From contig NW_024704742.1 of assembly GCF_018977255.1 (NCBI RefSeq), positions 92,444,001-92,508,000 on the forward strand: 64,000 nucleotides of DNA. Reading direction: 5' to 3'. The notes beneath the pieces were generated by a model, which saw nothing but the letters and a program-made list of their open reading frames with translations, was not told where the DNA came from and did no database searches. This stretch comes from Callorhinchus milii. Its lineage: Eukaryota. Position 1 is the first letter of the stretch. Each line of letters opens with the position of its first letter. Made by a program: the position numbers and the translations under genes. Positions 23,796 to 37,900 of the stretch are shown here, piece after piece.

Positions 23796-26700
23796 ATCTT
23801 AAAATTTTGGGTTTGTTCCTCTATATTGCATACCATTTTGGGTGTTATTTACAAATGCAAGATGTTTCTAAACTAACAGTTTCAGAAAGTTAATAAATGG
23901 TTTCTTTTAAAAAGGCAGTATTCATTTTTAATATCAATATCTAGGTTTCAATCCCAACCCATTTTAAGGGGAGGGGGGATTTGCACACGACAACAACAAA
24001 AAAATAACATGACTCATCTGTGGATGTCTAGAGCTATCTACTTTCTTGAGAAAGTTACAACTGAACACCCACAGGAAGTCCTAGTCTACTACCAAATGGG
24101 AATCCAAAGCAGGGTACTGTCACTTTAGCTGTGACTGTACAAACCTGCTATTAATTTGATGGAAAAGACTTGCACATGTTAAGAGAGAAGGATTCTTCAT
24201 TATTATCTGCATATGCAAGGTAAGCCATACAACTGGAAAAGCAGACTGATCCAACAGGACTGTCAAATCTGAGGCTGCTGGGAGCCGTGATCCTTACCCT
24301 AATGTCCAGTTGGGTTGCCTTTTCTGAATACTGCCCGAAACTCAGACTAGCAGAATTGGTTTCAATGAGTACAAAGTTCCACTTCAGATTTCTTTTGCTG
24401 CGCACATTTCTGATTTTCTGGCTAAATCGCCGCTTTAAAGTTTGCATAAGTTTCAGGAAGACCGTTCCACATCTGGCTTTGCGCAGAAAAAAGATGTTGG
24501 CTTCTATTCGACCACAGCACTGTCTCATCTAATTCTGCCACAATTTTTAAAAAGAGGATTATGGAGCGACATTTTTCTTCTCCCTCTCTTACTCCTCCGG
24601 CCATGGATCCGTGTAGAAAAGTTGATTTTAAAAAAAAAAGCAAAAAGGTTAAAGTGTTTGGTTCAATGTGTATGATCCTTTCCTCCTGAATGAGCCCCAA
24701 ATATTGACCATTATTAGGCTCCTAACGCCCATGTCAGACAAGTGTTAGCACTAATTCAAGTCCCTCTGGCTGCCCACCCTTGCAAAGTTTAAGTTGTTTT
24801 AACTAGTAATCCGGTTTTGTATGAAGGAAGGAACTGGGCATGATAATAACTTGGAAGAAATGCATTCATGAATGCAATGAATGAATATATTGGGGAGAAT
24901 AGTACATAAAGTTGTTGAATTTACTGAGGCTTTGTATTGTGGTATTGTCGTGTAGACCACCAGGGTATTACCAGGTCAGTTTCCTGTAAGGATTATGATG
25001 TGTTTTCTTTGAACTTTGGGGCTAGAGCAGCATCTGAACACTGGTTGGATTGTCAGGGATGCAGAGATTTTGATTCAGGGAACACAGGCTCACAAATCAT
25101 GCCACGCAGGCTTCGACACTTTGTTGTATCCCAGTGAGTTTCCAAGGACATTTTCACCATAGGACGTAATTTTAGTCTATCCCCACCATTTCCTATGCTT
25201 CTTCTTCAGTGGCAAATGTCTTTCCAAAGTGACTAGTTGATGGGGGAAAAAAAATTCAAACCCTTAACAAGTAGAGTTTCTTTATTCATTCTGTTGGAGA
25301 AGAAGTACGTGTTTGAAGGTTTCCTGGTAAGGTAGAGCGTGGCTCAGTATGTTTTATGTACAAGTGGCTGAGCCACAGAGACTGAAGGCTGCGGAGCTCG
25401 GTTCCTGGTTGGTGCTGGTCTTGGCCAGAGCGGCAGTAAAGGTGCTGTAAGTGTTGTCAGTGCTCCAGGTTATAGAAGGGAAAACCAAGCCCAGGTTCCC
25501 ACTCATAGCTATTGTCCAATGTCACCAACTGCCCATATACAGGTGTCTAGTCAAATAGACTGGACACATGAGTATTGACCAAATAGGTGAGGTACCAGTG
25601 AGTGACAGTTGCCTGTTCTTTCTTCCTTCACTTTCTCCCTCCCAAGACATGAAAATGTGTAGAGAAAGGTGTCTCGGCGGGGGTGTCCTGTCTAATGGAG
25701 TCAACTACCTCTGTTTACTTCTCAGGTTCTTGGACAGAGGGGCTCAGTTTGAGGATGATTTATCTACTCAAATCAGTTGGGCCTACCTTTCTGTATAAAG
25801 TGCTTTATGGTTTTAGTGTTTGTTTCTGTTTGACATTGTTTTCAGGCTATGCCAACAAACCTGGTTTGTGCCTTCCCTGTACAAACTCTGTTTGTACCTT
25901 CAATGTAGCTTAGTAACTAGCATCCTTAAATCCTGCTTTTTCAATGTAGTCAGTTTGATGGCAAGGCACCTCCTAAAGTGACGTGCTAGATGGTCCTAAA
26001 ATGCCCAACCTTTCCAATATATGCTGATGGGGGAGATCATGGTTTAATTAAAACAGTGGCCACACTATCACTCAGAACTCATAAGCTCTCACACTTCTGG
26101 TAAGACAATCTGCCGACATCGCCTATGGTGATGAACAGTGTACTTACAGTACCGCGGCAATGTTTCACCAAGACCGTGAGTTTCAGTGTAATCAGTTGTT
26201 CACGTTTAAATTTACCTCTTTACATTCAGTTATGATCCCTCTTCCCATCTGGACTGAAATCAGTTCTGGGTCAATCACTTTGGTAGAGTCTGTTCATATC
26301 CTGTTGAATGAGAAATAGTAGCTTAGGAGTATTGCCTCCTGGAATTCCTGTGAATCAACAAATCTCAACAGAGATGGGTTCAAACATGATGTAGCAGCCC
26401 ACTGATAGGATATGTGAACTTGTTGACAGTGAGTGCACTGCAGCTAGACCTTGCCTCAAAATTGAGTGTTTGATTATAGAGCCCAGGATCCTCTTTATGT
26501 AGAGAAATCCTTGTATTGAGGGCAGTGCAAAACAGTCTTGTTTTGGGGAATATGCAGGGTTAAGTACTTGCGTATAATAGAATTTATCCATCAATAAGGT
26601 TTTCTATTGAGGCTTGAATCCCCTTGTTCATGTTTTGTTTTCTGCAATTGGGCATGGAGGAAATGGAACACTCAGTGCTGAATCCTATACCAAATCAAAG

Positions 26701-27678
26701 AAAATGGTGATCTGGGGATACCAATTGAGGCTTGAAAATGGGAAGACAAAACTAGTGTCTAGTTCAAAACAAACTTAATGGGATATATGCCCATGTAATT
26801 TCTCAGTTGCATGGCTTACTTTAATCCTGCTATGTGGAGAGTAACCTCATTCATTGAAATGAGAACTAGATTGCATAGTGACATAAACATCCATTTAAAC
26901 CCTAGTAAGATTAGTTGTATTAATTGCACCAAACCTATCAAAGTAAATGTGCTCTTTCAGGGACTGTAATGACACATACGGTGGACTTGCAGGTTTGTAA
27001 AGGAAGTCGGTGCTTTTAGCATACCTAAATACTCATAACAGTAGAGTTCTGGTCTGAAGTTCCGATGGCCCAGATTAACGTAAAGTGTTCTGCCTTTTTG
27101 TCTGTAGGACAGAGTGTGGTGGCAGTTGTGAGCAGGAATCAGAATTTTTTTAATATTCCAGTTTGATGCCATGTTAACAAAATCTTTCATGGGGGAGGGG
27201 GAGTGGGGGTGCTGACCCACCAAAGACTGGTTTCCATGTAATCGAGTGAGATGGAAATAAGTTTTTAAAAAGTTAACTTCTTCTGAATTAAGTTGATTTT
27301 GTGTATGAAATCCTGAATGAACCCATCTTATTACAAGTTAAAATAACAGACCACATTTTGTACCCAACACAACAGTGGTGTCTGGTAATCCCTGGCTGTA
27401 CATTCAGACATTATTGCTGGAAGCCACAAAGGATAATTTATAACAAAATGTACAGTAAATTTATATATCTTGGTTAAGTGCTGTATCTAATGTTGAGGTA
27501 GGTAGGTAGCTCTAAGAGCTCAGACGTTTCATTTGTTGATAACCATGAACTGTACAGTGCAAAGACTTTGTTTCAATTCTTTTCTGCAGTGATGTCCCGG
27601 GAGATTTATTTATTTATTTATTTGTGTTCAGCATTTATTTTGATTGTCATAGAATACTGAAGTGATATTTTTTAAAAC

Positions 27679-27684
27679 AATAAA
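27679..27684 (+). promoter_or_regulatory. Candidate distal polyadenylation signal of ANP32B
   Basis: AATAAA preceded by an ATTTA cluster (~27604-27620) and followed by gtatgtgtgtacgt. Confidence 0.45.
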
Positions 27685-27962
27685 CCTTTACGGGTATGTG
27701 TGTACGTAACAGTTTCCTCTTTGCATCACCCACGATCTGTGGTCAGTCAAATCAAACTGCATCTCAGTGACCAATGAATCCACTTATGTGGCTGTATACC
27801 GCACAGCATGGCACCACTGCCTCAATGACAAAACATTGTTGAGCAGGAAAGGGGGGGGGTGGGGGGATGCGGTGGGGGGGTGGAGATGGAGAAACATGAA
27901 TGTTCAATTCTGCACAAGTAACCATTAGGGTCACAACAGAAAGGATTTCCAAGATAACGGTA

Positions 27963-28650
27963 CAGGAGGTGCAGAGGCGCTGGCGTGAGCCAATCAGGAG
28001 GGCCTCAGTCTTGTTCACATTCAACTGTAGGAAGTTTGCCCTCATCCAGGACTTGATGTCCGACAGGTAGTCTGTCAGGACAGCAGTGGTCCTGGAGTTG
28101 AGGGTGGAGGCAGAAAGAGAGTTGGGTGTCATCCACATACATATGGAAGTTAACCCCATGTCTGCGGATGATGTCACCAAGGGGGAAGCATGTAGATATT
28201 AAATAGGAGAGGGCCAAGGAACAGAGCCCTGGGGGACGCCTGACGTGACAGTGCGGGGGCTGGAGCAGAAACCGTTAGAGGCAATAAAGTGGAGACAGTG
28301 AGAGAGATAGGAATCGAACTAGGCAGGGGCAGGTCCACAAAGATTAAGTAAGTAGGAGAGGCGGTGTATGAGGATGGAGTGGTTGACAGTGTCGAAGGCG
28401 GCAGAGAGGTCGAGGAGGACAAGGATACAGAGCGAGCCCTGATCACAGATGTTCAGAATGTCATTAGTGACTTTGACCAGGGCTGTTTCCGTGCTGTGGG
28501 CAGCGAGGAAGCCGGATTGGAGGGGTTCAAAAGGAATGGCGAGAGAGAAAGGAGTGGAGCTGGGATGCAACGACTCATTCCAGGACCTTAGAGAGGAATG
28601 GGAGGTTAGAGATGGGGTGGTAGCTGGAGAATAGGGATGGGTCCAGGGAA
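27963..28650 (-). mobile_element. LINE2 RT fragment
   Basis: [44 protein letters not shown], frameshifted. Confidence 0.9.
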
Positions 28651-28864
28651 ACAGGCCTACTGTTTATTTCAAGTGAAAAACATTGATGGTTCTGATCCAA
28701 GCATTGGTGGCTGGCTGAGGGAGATGGGGTTGGTGGGAGTGGTAAAATGGTTGGTCCTTAAAGTTGGGGAGGTTACGGTTGATGTAATTGAAGTGTTTCA
28801 AATAAAGGGTTGCATATGGATGATTCAGAACGAGGAGACATTATTAGGGATAACAAAGAGTCCC

Positions 28865-28984
28865 TTCCCTCCCCTCACCCTGACCATTTCCCCCCTGCTC
28901 GGGTCTTGACCCAACTGTCCAGTGCCTTGGGACGTCCTCATGACGTGAAAGGCGCTCTATAAATGAAATCTTGTTGTTGTTGTT
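28865..28984 (+). mobile_element. Short LINE2 3' end
   Basis: Near-identical to 37465-37583; (GTT)n tail. Confidence 0.8.
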
Positions 28985-30894
28985 AAGAGTGGGATGCACT
29001 GGCACAGAAATTCATAGATAAATGAAGTTTCGAAAAGAGAAGGGAGTTTCTCCCGATTTCCTGGCCAAAAATCCCCCAGATAAAATTGGTCACCCACTTC
29101 ATGTCTGTTTGTGGGAAATTGCTGCATGCAAATTTGCTGCAGTATTCATTTACAAACAAAAATCCTGTCAAGTGCTTTGAGGCGTCTTGACAATGTGCTA
29201 TATCGAATGCAAGACCTATCATTATTAGTGTTATTAATAATACAATGCATCCTTGAAAGACCAAGTTCCTGAAATGTAGCTTTTTAAAAAAACGTGTTAA
29301 AGATCCCCACCACCTTGTAATATTACCAAGTAGAAACTTCTTACTTGTAGAATTTTTATGAGCAGGAGTTTTTGAATCCCTTCTGTCTCCCTCCCTTTAT
29401 CAGCAAAGTCTGTTGCTTATTGAGGTCAATACACTTGGGAGCCTTGGGAAGGCATGGTGGAACAACCAAATCGTGCCTGAAAAATAATTAAATGGTTCGA
29501 CTAATGAGCGCACATTTCAACTGGTTGATTAAACCCACAGAGGTTAGTTCTGGTTGCTTGTAAAGGGATTTCCCCCCAAAACAAACTGATAAAGCAGTCA
29601 TTTCACAGACCAGTGAATTTCACCCCCATCCCCGACAGTGCTCTCAATGGCAAGCTATATTGTTTTAGCTGGTTAAACTCCAGATACTCTGAAGTATGGT
29701 GATGGGTTCCCGCGTGCAGCAGGCACCCACCCGGTTGACCACAATAAAGATGCAGTGTTTTTACTGGCCTCCACTGGAAAAGTTAATGTTCTTATATAAA
29801 AATAACAAATCTTGAATTTTAATAGGATGGTACCGTCTACAATTTTGAAAACACGTCTGTAACATTGGAGGAGGAAAACAAATCAATTTATGTGTTTTCA
29901 GCTGAAATGCAGAACCTGCAAGAGGAAGGATGAAATTCAAAACAAATTGAAAGAAAAATTGGGAAAGAAAAATTACAGGTTGACATCATAGCAACTTTTA
30001 CACATTTAAGAATATGATCCCGTCACCTTCATGCCAAAGCAAACAAATCAATGTTGTTATCAGCAAGGTGGTTTACTTTGTAATATAAATGTGACATAAA
30101 CTGGCTTCAATTACAACCTTCAAAAACGACTCGGGGACGTCAGAATGCAATGTACTTTTGAGTCGCACTTAGAAGAAATAATGGCTATGTAGACTCACAG
30201 AAGGAACATATCTCATCAAACAACTTGTTGAAAGAGTCTTAGAATGCACAACTATGTCTCTCCACTGTCAATTATTGCTTAGCCCACTCTTACAAACAAA
30301 AAACTGAGCAGAGAACACCAGCTCTAATTTCTGACCCTTTTGCAAAACAAGCTGCTTCACTTGAAGTTTGTTCTGCAGTCAGTAAGATGATTTTATATTG
30401 TCCTTCCCTTCTGCAAAAAGAGTTAATTTCAGAGAGACTCCCTCTGTTACAGGGTGGGGATGGGTAGCTATAAGCCAGCACATCTGTCAGTGTCACTCTG
30501 CACAATTTGAACTGCTCGTGTTATTGACCATGAATTTAAGGCTATCTTTTATTTGTATCAGATTGTAAATTGCACAGCAATAAAAAAAATCACCAAATTG
30601 TATTCATCTGGGTGATAGATGGTTCCTGCTGTTACCATTGTCATTTACATGCAAATACATAAAGAGATAGACAGTGTTTTTGAAGTCCCCTTATAGTTCA
30701 GCCATAGCATTAAATAGAATAGATTAGAACAAGCAACAAAAAAGAAGGAAAGAGCATGGGAACCTAGCACCAGCACAGACACACTGGCCTTCTTCTGTAA
30801 TGTAAACATTTTATCAATAATAACTTAAAGGCAGGTGACAAAGTGGTCTGTTTCAGAACGAAACATTAGCTAACCTCAGAGCATTGTTAAAATA

Positions 30895-31156
30895 ATACTA
30901 ATCGTTACATTTGATATAGTACCTTATCATATCGTTGAGATGTCTCGAAGCGCTTCACAGAATATACTGTAAAGTGAATTGACTTATTATTTTTAAAGAG
31001 ATATTACGCGCAGAAAGCAATCTGCTAGCAACCGGGTTCCTACTTACTGTTAGCTAAATAGGCATGTGGAATAAGGAAACTTTCCTAAGGTTTTGCCCTG
31101 CCCGGGAATCCTCTTGCTTGAGAGGCGAGTGCTCTAACCAACACATTACAGGACTC
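30895..31156 (-). mobile_element. SINE, degraded
   Basis: Tail and head both recognisable. Confidence 0.75.
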
Positions 31157-32303
31157 TAAATTTGAAGAAAGTTTGACAAGATTAATTAGGTCAAACATTT
31201 CTTCACCAGGAAGTTTCCTGTAGTAAGAGGAAGGGATGTTTATGAGTGCTAAGCACCAGTTGAGAAGACCTGGTTTCATATCTTCCACCTGAAGGAGGAA
31301 TGATGAGAAGAAAGTTGGCTTCGCAGGATTCCAGGGCTAAGAAACTAAAGTGAAAGGATACTATGGGTTGCCTTGCTATCAGAATGATCTGTAGTCTGGT
31401 GGAGCCCAGTGCACTGAGCCACCAGTGCAGTAATACATAGATATGTGTCTGAAATCTTCTGCACACTGAGTTCCCAATATCAGCCATGTAGTTTTGGGAA
31501 TGGTGGAGCATAGGGCACAGAGTTTCCCATGAGGAGTACGAATTAGGTAGGTTATCCCGAACCACTCATGCATTTTCTGACAGCTGGTTGCGAAGTGGAA
31601 CTGAAAAAAGCCTGGGATCAGGGGCTGTAAATAAAACATGGGGAGACTAAATGAAAGTGAAGGGACAGCATTCACCTCAACAAGAAACACAGATTCGTGT
31701 TTTCCTGCCATTCAAAATCTAACCTGCTGCATCACCGTCTTATTTTATTAAAAGAAATGTCTGAGTTAAGAGAAACAGCAGATATTTGTGACCCTGTTTA
31801 GTGTAAGTATCTCGTAGCTATTCCCCAGATGGCATTGAAAGCAGACTTTTTTTGAACCACAGTAGCATCCTACATACACAAAGGAGAGGAGGTTGTATTG
31901 AAAAAGCTACAAGAGCATAAAGCTTTTTTTTAAACAATAGGTGTAATAAGCGATGAAGTAATGTAGCAGAAGTCTGGAACAATCAGTCATTCAGGCCAAC
32001 ATGCCAAATGTCAATTAATACTTTTTTGCAACTTCACTCATGCATAGTGGGATTCTTGAAGGTGACAGCCTTCCATGCTATTAAAACTCATTTGTCATCT
32101 TCTATTAGACCTCAGTGGTGCATATGAGGTGCACATACTTGATGTCAAATTAGTAATGATTTTCTGAGCTTCCATCAATAAAGGATTTCTTTAAAATAAA
32201 TTGTAGCTTTTATGTTGAATGCTTTTCATTATAGTAACATTTAGGTGCTAAGTTGGGTTGTCAGTAAAGAGCAATGTCTTTCTGATTGAAAAGGGCTGGA
32301 ACA

Positions 32304-32327
32304 CGAGAGAGAGAGAGAGAGAGAGAG
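32304..32327. repeat. (GA)n microsatellite
   Basis: Direct. Confidence 0.9.
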
Positions 32328-35300
32328 CATTAAGAAGTGTGTAAATGTAGCTTCTTGTCAAAAAGAAACCTTAAATGAGGGTCAAATTGTGATTTGTTTT
32401 CTCGAAGTAGGTCATGATTGTGTCGTTTTGTCCGCACGTTGCTTTGAACACATGTGAAAATAAGTGGATTGCAATGGCCATCATGTCACCCATTGACAAT
32501 TAACAATAGTGGGAATGTTTAAAAAGCACAAACGTTTTACACCAAGCCTAAAGCAATTATTCTCATTGAAACCAGGCACTGTGTGTACTGAGTTTGGAGA
32601 AACTGCAACAGTGACACAGTTGATTGACGTGTAGTGTCTTTGCTGCTGTGAAATATTCCCTCAGTGGAAATCAGTTAATTGGATAATTATCCACAGAAAT
32701 GTCTACAAATAACAGTTATATGTTTCATAGTAACTGCATTATCCTGTTCAGACCGAAGCTATTTCCTACCCAATAAACATCTCAGGTTTTGCAATAATAT
32801 TGAGGTGAACTTCGAATCAGCACATTCCAACAGGCAGAGATGACTGTGTCTAATGACTATGGATACTATCTGTGTTGGACAGTTCTGGTTTCAGCCACTT
32901 CTAAAGAACATTTATTATAAGTACTCATGGAATTGTGCACCGTGGACTCCCAAGGCCTGAATTTAAGCATTTAAGTCTTGGACTTAAGAGTAAATAATAT
33001 CCCCTATACCAAATTTTAGAGATGTGCTGCCGCTATTTTACTTGCATTTATTCCACAAACAGCCAAGAAGTTGATGACCAATTTTACCTGGGGGGTTGTT
33101 GGTCAAGAAAAAAAGTAGTCCATGGGATCTTTAACACCCACCTAAACAGGCAGACTAGGCCTCAGTCTAATCTGAGTAATGGCATTTCCCACGCCCAAAA
33201 CACTGAGTGCTCTCCCAGCTCTGTATTGGAGTTCCAGCCTAGACTATGAGTTCAAAGTCCTGACGTGAGGCTCAAACTCACAACCTTCTCGACTTCTCGG
33301 AGTCGAGGAGTGAGCCAGGCTGGCACTCCAGTTATGAGTAGAGTGAACACTAACTTTCCCATAGACCCTACCTTGTGAAGGAGATGTAATCCATAACCAA
33401 ATGTGCTAACCCTGGTTTAAAAATGGGATAACCCAAAGTCTTGCTTTCAAATTAATGGGATCAGGGAGGATGGAGGGCAAAGAGGGTAGCAGGGTGACCA
33501 AAGGCAGGGTCGAAGAGGAGGGTCTTGAGGCGTACCTTAAAGGAGGCAAGGGAGGGAGGGAAGGAGGTGAAACATCTTGACGCATTGAAACATGTCAAAG
33601 CACCTCACATTTTCTGTAAAGTGTAATGACTCCGTATTTGTAGGCAAACACAACAGCCAATGTATTTGGGGCTTATTGGCCAGGACACTACAACAATAAC
33701 AACTTGCACTTACATAGTGCCCTCCATGCAGGGTAGTGTCTCAGAGCGCTAGGAGAAACTCCCCTTTCTTTTCAAATAGCATGATCTGTAAGATCAACCC
33801 GAACATGCAGGTGAGACCTCAATTTAACGTTTCATTTGAAGGGCAGCATCTCCAAAATTGTCGCAATCCTAGCACTGCAATACAGCGTAAACCTAGACTG
33901 CAATTCAAAGTCCCAACATTGGGCTTGAACTCCCAACCTTCTGACTCAGATCGAGAGTGAGCCAGCCTGATACCTTAGAAGAACTAATTAGACAAGGCCA
34001 ATTCTATTTCTGGGAATATCTGTTTTGTGGATTTGAATTGCCTCACTACCTTTCAACAGAGTGGCTTTATTTTTGCCTCTTTAGTCATCGCTGCCCATGG
34101 AAAAACTCACATGTTTTCTGATTAAGAAGCATGGGGAAGAGATTTTATCCCTAAGGGACACATCAGCCACCTATGGCTTTTTACTACATGCACTGTGTAC
34201 AATGAATGTAATGAAATGCAATACCTTACAATAGCAACCTTACAATAGAAATCAGCTGAATGTTATTGCAGGTCACATCGGACACATGCCAAGACTGTTA
34301 TGAGAATTAGCAATGACTAATTGTTATGTCGCTGTTTTGGGTGACTGAGAATCTTAGGCTTTTCCTGATCGGCAAAAGAGACCGTTGGAGTTACTCTCTT
34401 AACACTTCCAGTGTTATAATCATAATAATCCTTGCATTTCAGATCTTACCTTATAAAGTCAAAATGTCTCAAAATGTCTTGACTGTGTATTTGTGGACAA
34501 ATGTGGCAGTCAACAATGCCCCACAAAGAGCCATGATGTGAATGGCCATTTTTTTAAATGAAACTGATTATCTACAATCAAGCACAGCATCATAGCAAGC
34601 CTTCCCTGGCCAAGAAATAGGAACCCTTTTAGACCAGCGTGCATTTTGCATGGGAAGTGACAAGAATGAGAGGTTTTATTTGCCAACCACATTATTCATG
34701 CTTAAACAGAGTTATAGGCTGTCACCTTACTCTGAGCTGATAATGGTGTAAGTGGGTCACATATCACCAGGATGGTTTAACTAATACTACATCTTACAAT
34801 GCAAAGAAAGTGCCACATTGAGCGCTCTGGGACGCCGCCTGGCATGGAGGACACTTTATAAATGTAAGTTGTTGTTGTTGAAATACAAAGTGAAAACAAT
34901 ACAAAGTTATGAATAAAGTGGAAAAGTTTCATTTTAATAAAATACATTTTTTTAGAAGAAAAGTAATTCACTGTGTGGCCTGTAACACTTTATTTTCAAG
35001 AATATATGGTTCCCTTGGGGAGAAAAGAGTGCAGTGACATTGAGATTGTCTAAGCTGCTTTTATATTAAACAATATGGACAAAAGACAATTTCATATAAA
35101 AATAATGAAAGCAATTGAAATCATGCTATTGTGAGCTGACAGGCCTGTGAGTGTGTATTTTATCCCAGTCAGTGCCACATGATGCTCCACACAATCCAAA
35201 GTGTTTGTTAAATAGTGTTTAATTAAATGGCAATATGTTCTTGTCTTGTGCTCCCTCCTGACTAGCAAGATAGTAGGTGAAATATGAGAAGAACTCCTTT

Positions 35301-35699
35301 GTCACTGCAGACTGAAATAGCTGTTAAGGCACACTGGGTGTCCAAGAATGTAATGAACTGGTTTGTTATTGAGCAGAGTCAGGCTCTTTATTACATCTGA
35401 GCCTTGCTTATTACAAGGGGTTAGGGGGAAAATCACCCCCAGCCAATCTGAGCTGTGTTGTAAGTATTAACTGCATGGTTAAATCAGATATACAGAACCA
35501 TATCTATACCTGCACATGAACAGTCTTTCAGTAGTAAATGTGGAATCAATATCAATGAGCTAGAACATATTTCATATTCTTTTGTGGTAATTTGCCACTG
35601 ACGGTAATTTAAGGCATTCCAATGATCAGTGAGATGATGCAAATAACTAAAAAGCCTTCATGTTGCTTTTGTTCTTTTTTCCCCTTCTGTTCCACAAGA

Positions 35700-36290
35700 T
35701 CACGAAAGGATTGAATGAAGAAGGCCCTTTGGCCCATTTGATCTAATTTTCCAGAAAATTTACCCGATCATCTTCCAATCGCAACATCAATCTGTTTTAA
35801 AAATTAGTCCAGCATCCGAACAATAACCACCCTTCGCAAAACTAAACCCGCGTCCTCTTTTTCTGCTGCCTCAATTCATCTGTTTATTTTTTCAATCACA
35901 TTAAAAAAAATTATATCCCTCAGTAAGATTCCTTCTGAGAGTTCTCTTGTGATGACTGAAGAGCTCTGAAGAGTTTTGTCTGATTGTTGCTCATAGCATA
36001 TTCCTCTAATGCTTGGGATCATACTCGTTGCTCTCTTCCACACTGGTTCTGGGGTCTGGGCAGCTCCCTTATGTTGTGATGATCAGAACTATATGCAATA
36101 CTCTAGGTGCACCCTGATCTGAGCACTATGCAGCTTGACTATGATGCCTGAGGGATGTAAACTCCACTGATTTCATAATATAGCCCAACATTCTGTGTTG
36201 CCTTGTTTATTGCTGTTTCACACTAATTTGACATGGCAAGTGGTGAGCCAACTATTACATCAAGATCTCTTTCAACTTCCCCATTGGCAA
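35700..36290 (-). mobile_element. Degraded CR1 fragment
   Basis: Antisense CR1 RT C-terminal signature (cagaactatatgcaatactctaggtg, agcccaacattctg). Confidence 0.6.
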
Positions 36291-36704
36291 ATAACCTGAA
36301 GACCACTCTCTTAAAATGTAATTGGTGCAACATTTTTGAATATTCTTAATTTTATTCACTATTTGGAAGGCAGAGGATGTGTTGGATTATGGAGCCCTAA
36401 CTCTGTCTAAAAAAAAGGACATTTTACCTTTGGTTAAGAATACTCTGACCTCCTGTAATCCTCTGAATACAATTGAGAAGCATGGGATAGCAGTGCTGCA
36501 GCTATGTAAAGGGGTGGATTTGAATTGGGTACCATTATTTGGCACTTGCAGGCTATGACACAACAACGTGTAGATCTGAATACAGTTTTTTCCTTTGCTT
36601 TCCCCAAATGAAGGTATTTTTGTACTTAATTTGGAGGCCACAAAGGCAAAGTTGCTTTCTTATTCTTAAAATTCACAGAATTGGGGGTTTCCATATTACT
36701 AAAG

Positions 36705-37900
36705 TGTGTCAGCCTGGCTCAGTTGTTACCACTCTCTGGGTCAGAAGGTTGTAGGTTTGTGCCCCACGTAGGAACTTGGAATCACATAGGATAAGCTGAC
36801 ACTCCAGTGCAGCGCTGGGGGTCTGTTACATTGCCTTCAAAGCCCTCCACGGCTTTGCTTCCCCCCCCCTACCTCTCCGACCTCATAACCCCATATCAGC
36901 CTGTCCGCTCCCTCTGCTCCGTGGACACCGGCCTGCTTCATGTCCCCCGCACTTACCAACCCACCATTGGTGGTTGGGCATTCAGCATCTCTGTCTCTAC
37001 ACTCTGGAACTCTATCCTGCAATCCCTCCGCCTCACCCCCTCTCTTCCCTCCTTCAATTCCCGTCTGATGACCTTCCTCTTCGGCTGTGCCTTTGGCCAC
37101 CCTCCCACCCCCACTTCCTCTTCTGATCCTAACTCACAGCTTGGGTCGAAAACCCCTGATTATCCAGCACCCTGGGAAGTCCTTCCGACGTGCAGGGTGC
37201 TATACAAGTATAATTTGTATACTCCGTTACTTAGTTGTATATTTCCATTCCTCTGGCTCCGGTCTGCTCCACATCCCCCGCCCCAACCGCCCTACCATCG
37301 GTTGCCGGGCCTTCAGCCTCTCAGCCCCCAGGCTCTGGAACTCCATCCCCCAGTGCCTTCGCTTTGCTTCCTCCCTTTCCTCCTTCAAGGCCGGTCTCAA
37401 GACCTTTCTCTTTGACCGTGCCTTCAGCTCCCCTCTCGACTCTCTACTCGCTCCTTCTCTTGCCTCCCCTCACCCTGACCATTTCCCCCCTGCTCGGGTC
37501 CTGACCCAACTGTACAGCGCCTTGGGACGTCCTCCCGACGTGAAAGGCGCTCTATAAATGGAATCTTGTTGTTGTTGTTGTTGCTGTATTGTCAGAAGTG
37601 CTGTGCTTCGGATGAGACGTTAAACCCGATTGCCTGTTTAGATGGACGTTAAAGATCCCATGGCAATATTCAAAAAAAAAGAAGTTTCTCCCAGTGTCCT
37701 GGCCAACAATCCCCCAAATAAAATTGGTCACTCACTCCATGGTTGTTTATGGGACATTGCTGTGTGCAACTCAATATCGTGATTCACCCACAAAATACAC
37801 AGTCAATCCACTTTACAGTATATTCTGTGAAGCGCTTTGAGACATCTCAATAACATGGTAAGGTGACATATCAAATGCAAGGATTATTATTATTAATAAT
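36705..37900 (+). mobile_element. Older Deu-domain SINE (SacSINE1/AmnSINE1-like) split by the LINE2 insertions
   Basis: Head gtcagcctggctcagttg... at ~36705-36820; body cttcggatgagacgttaaacc...aaagatcccatggc resumes at ~37585 and ends caaatgcaaggattattatt. Confidence 0.75.
36835..37583 (+). mobile_element. Two tandem LINE2 3' fragments nested in a SINE
   Basis: Two LWNSI..FKxxLKT modules (~36835-37215 and ~37250-37583), second with (GTT)n tail. Confidence 0.85.

Noticed and set aside
24151..24700. Overlapping ORFs downstream of ANP32B
   Set aside because: No recognisable homology; lie in probable 3'UTR.
32787..32900. Minus-strand exon-like segment (similar one near 34730-34780)
   Set aside because: Stops in all three frames; at most non-coding.
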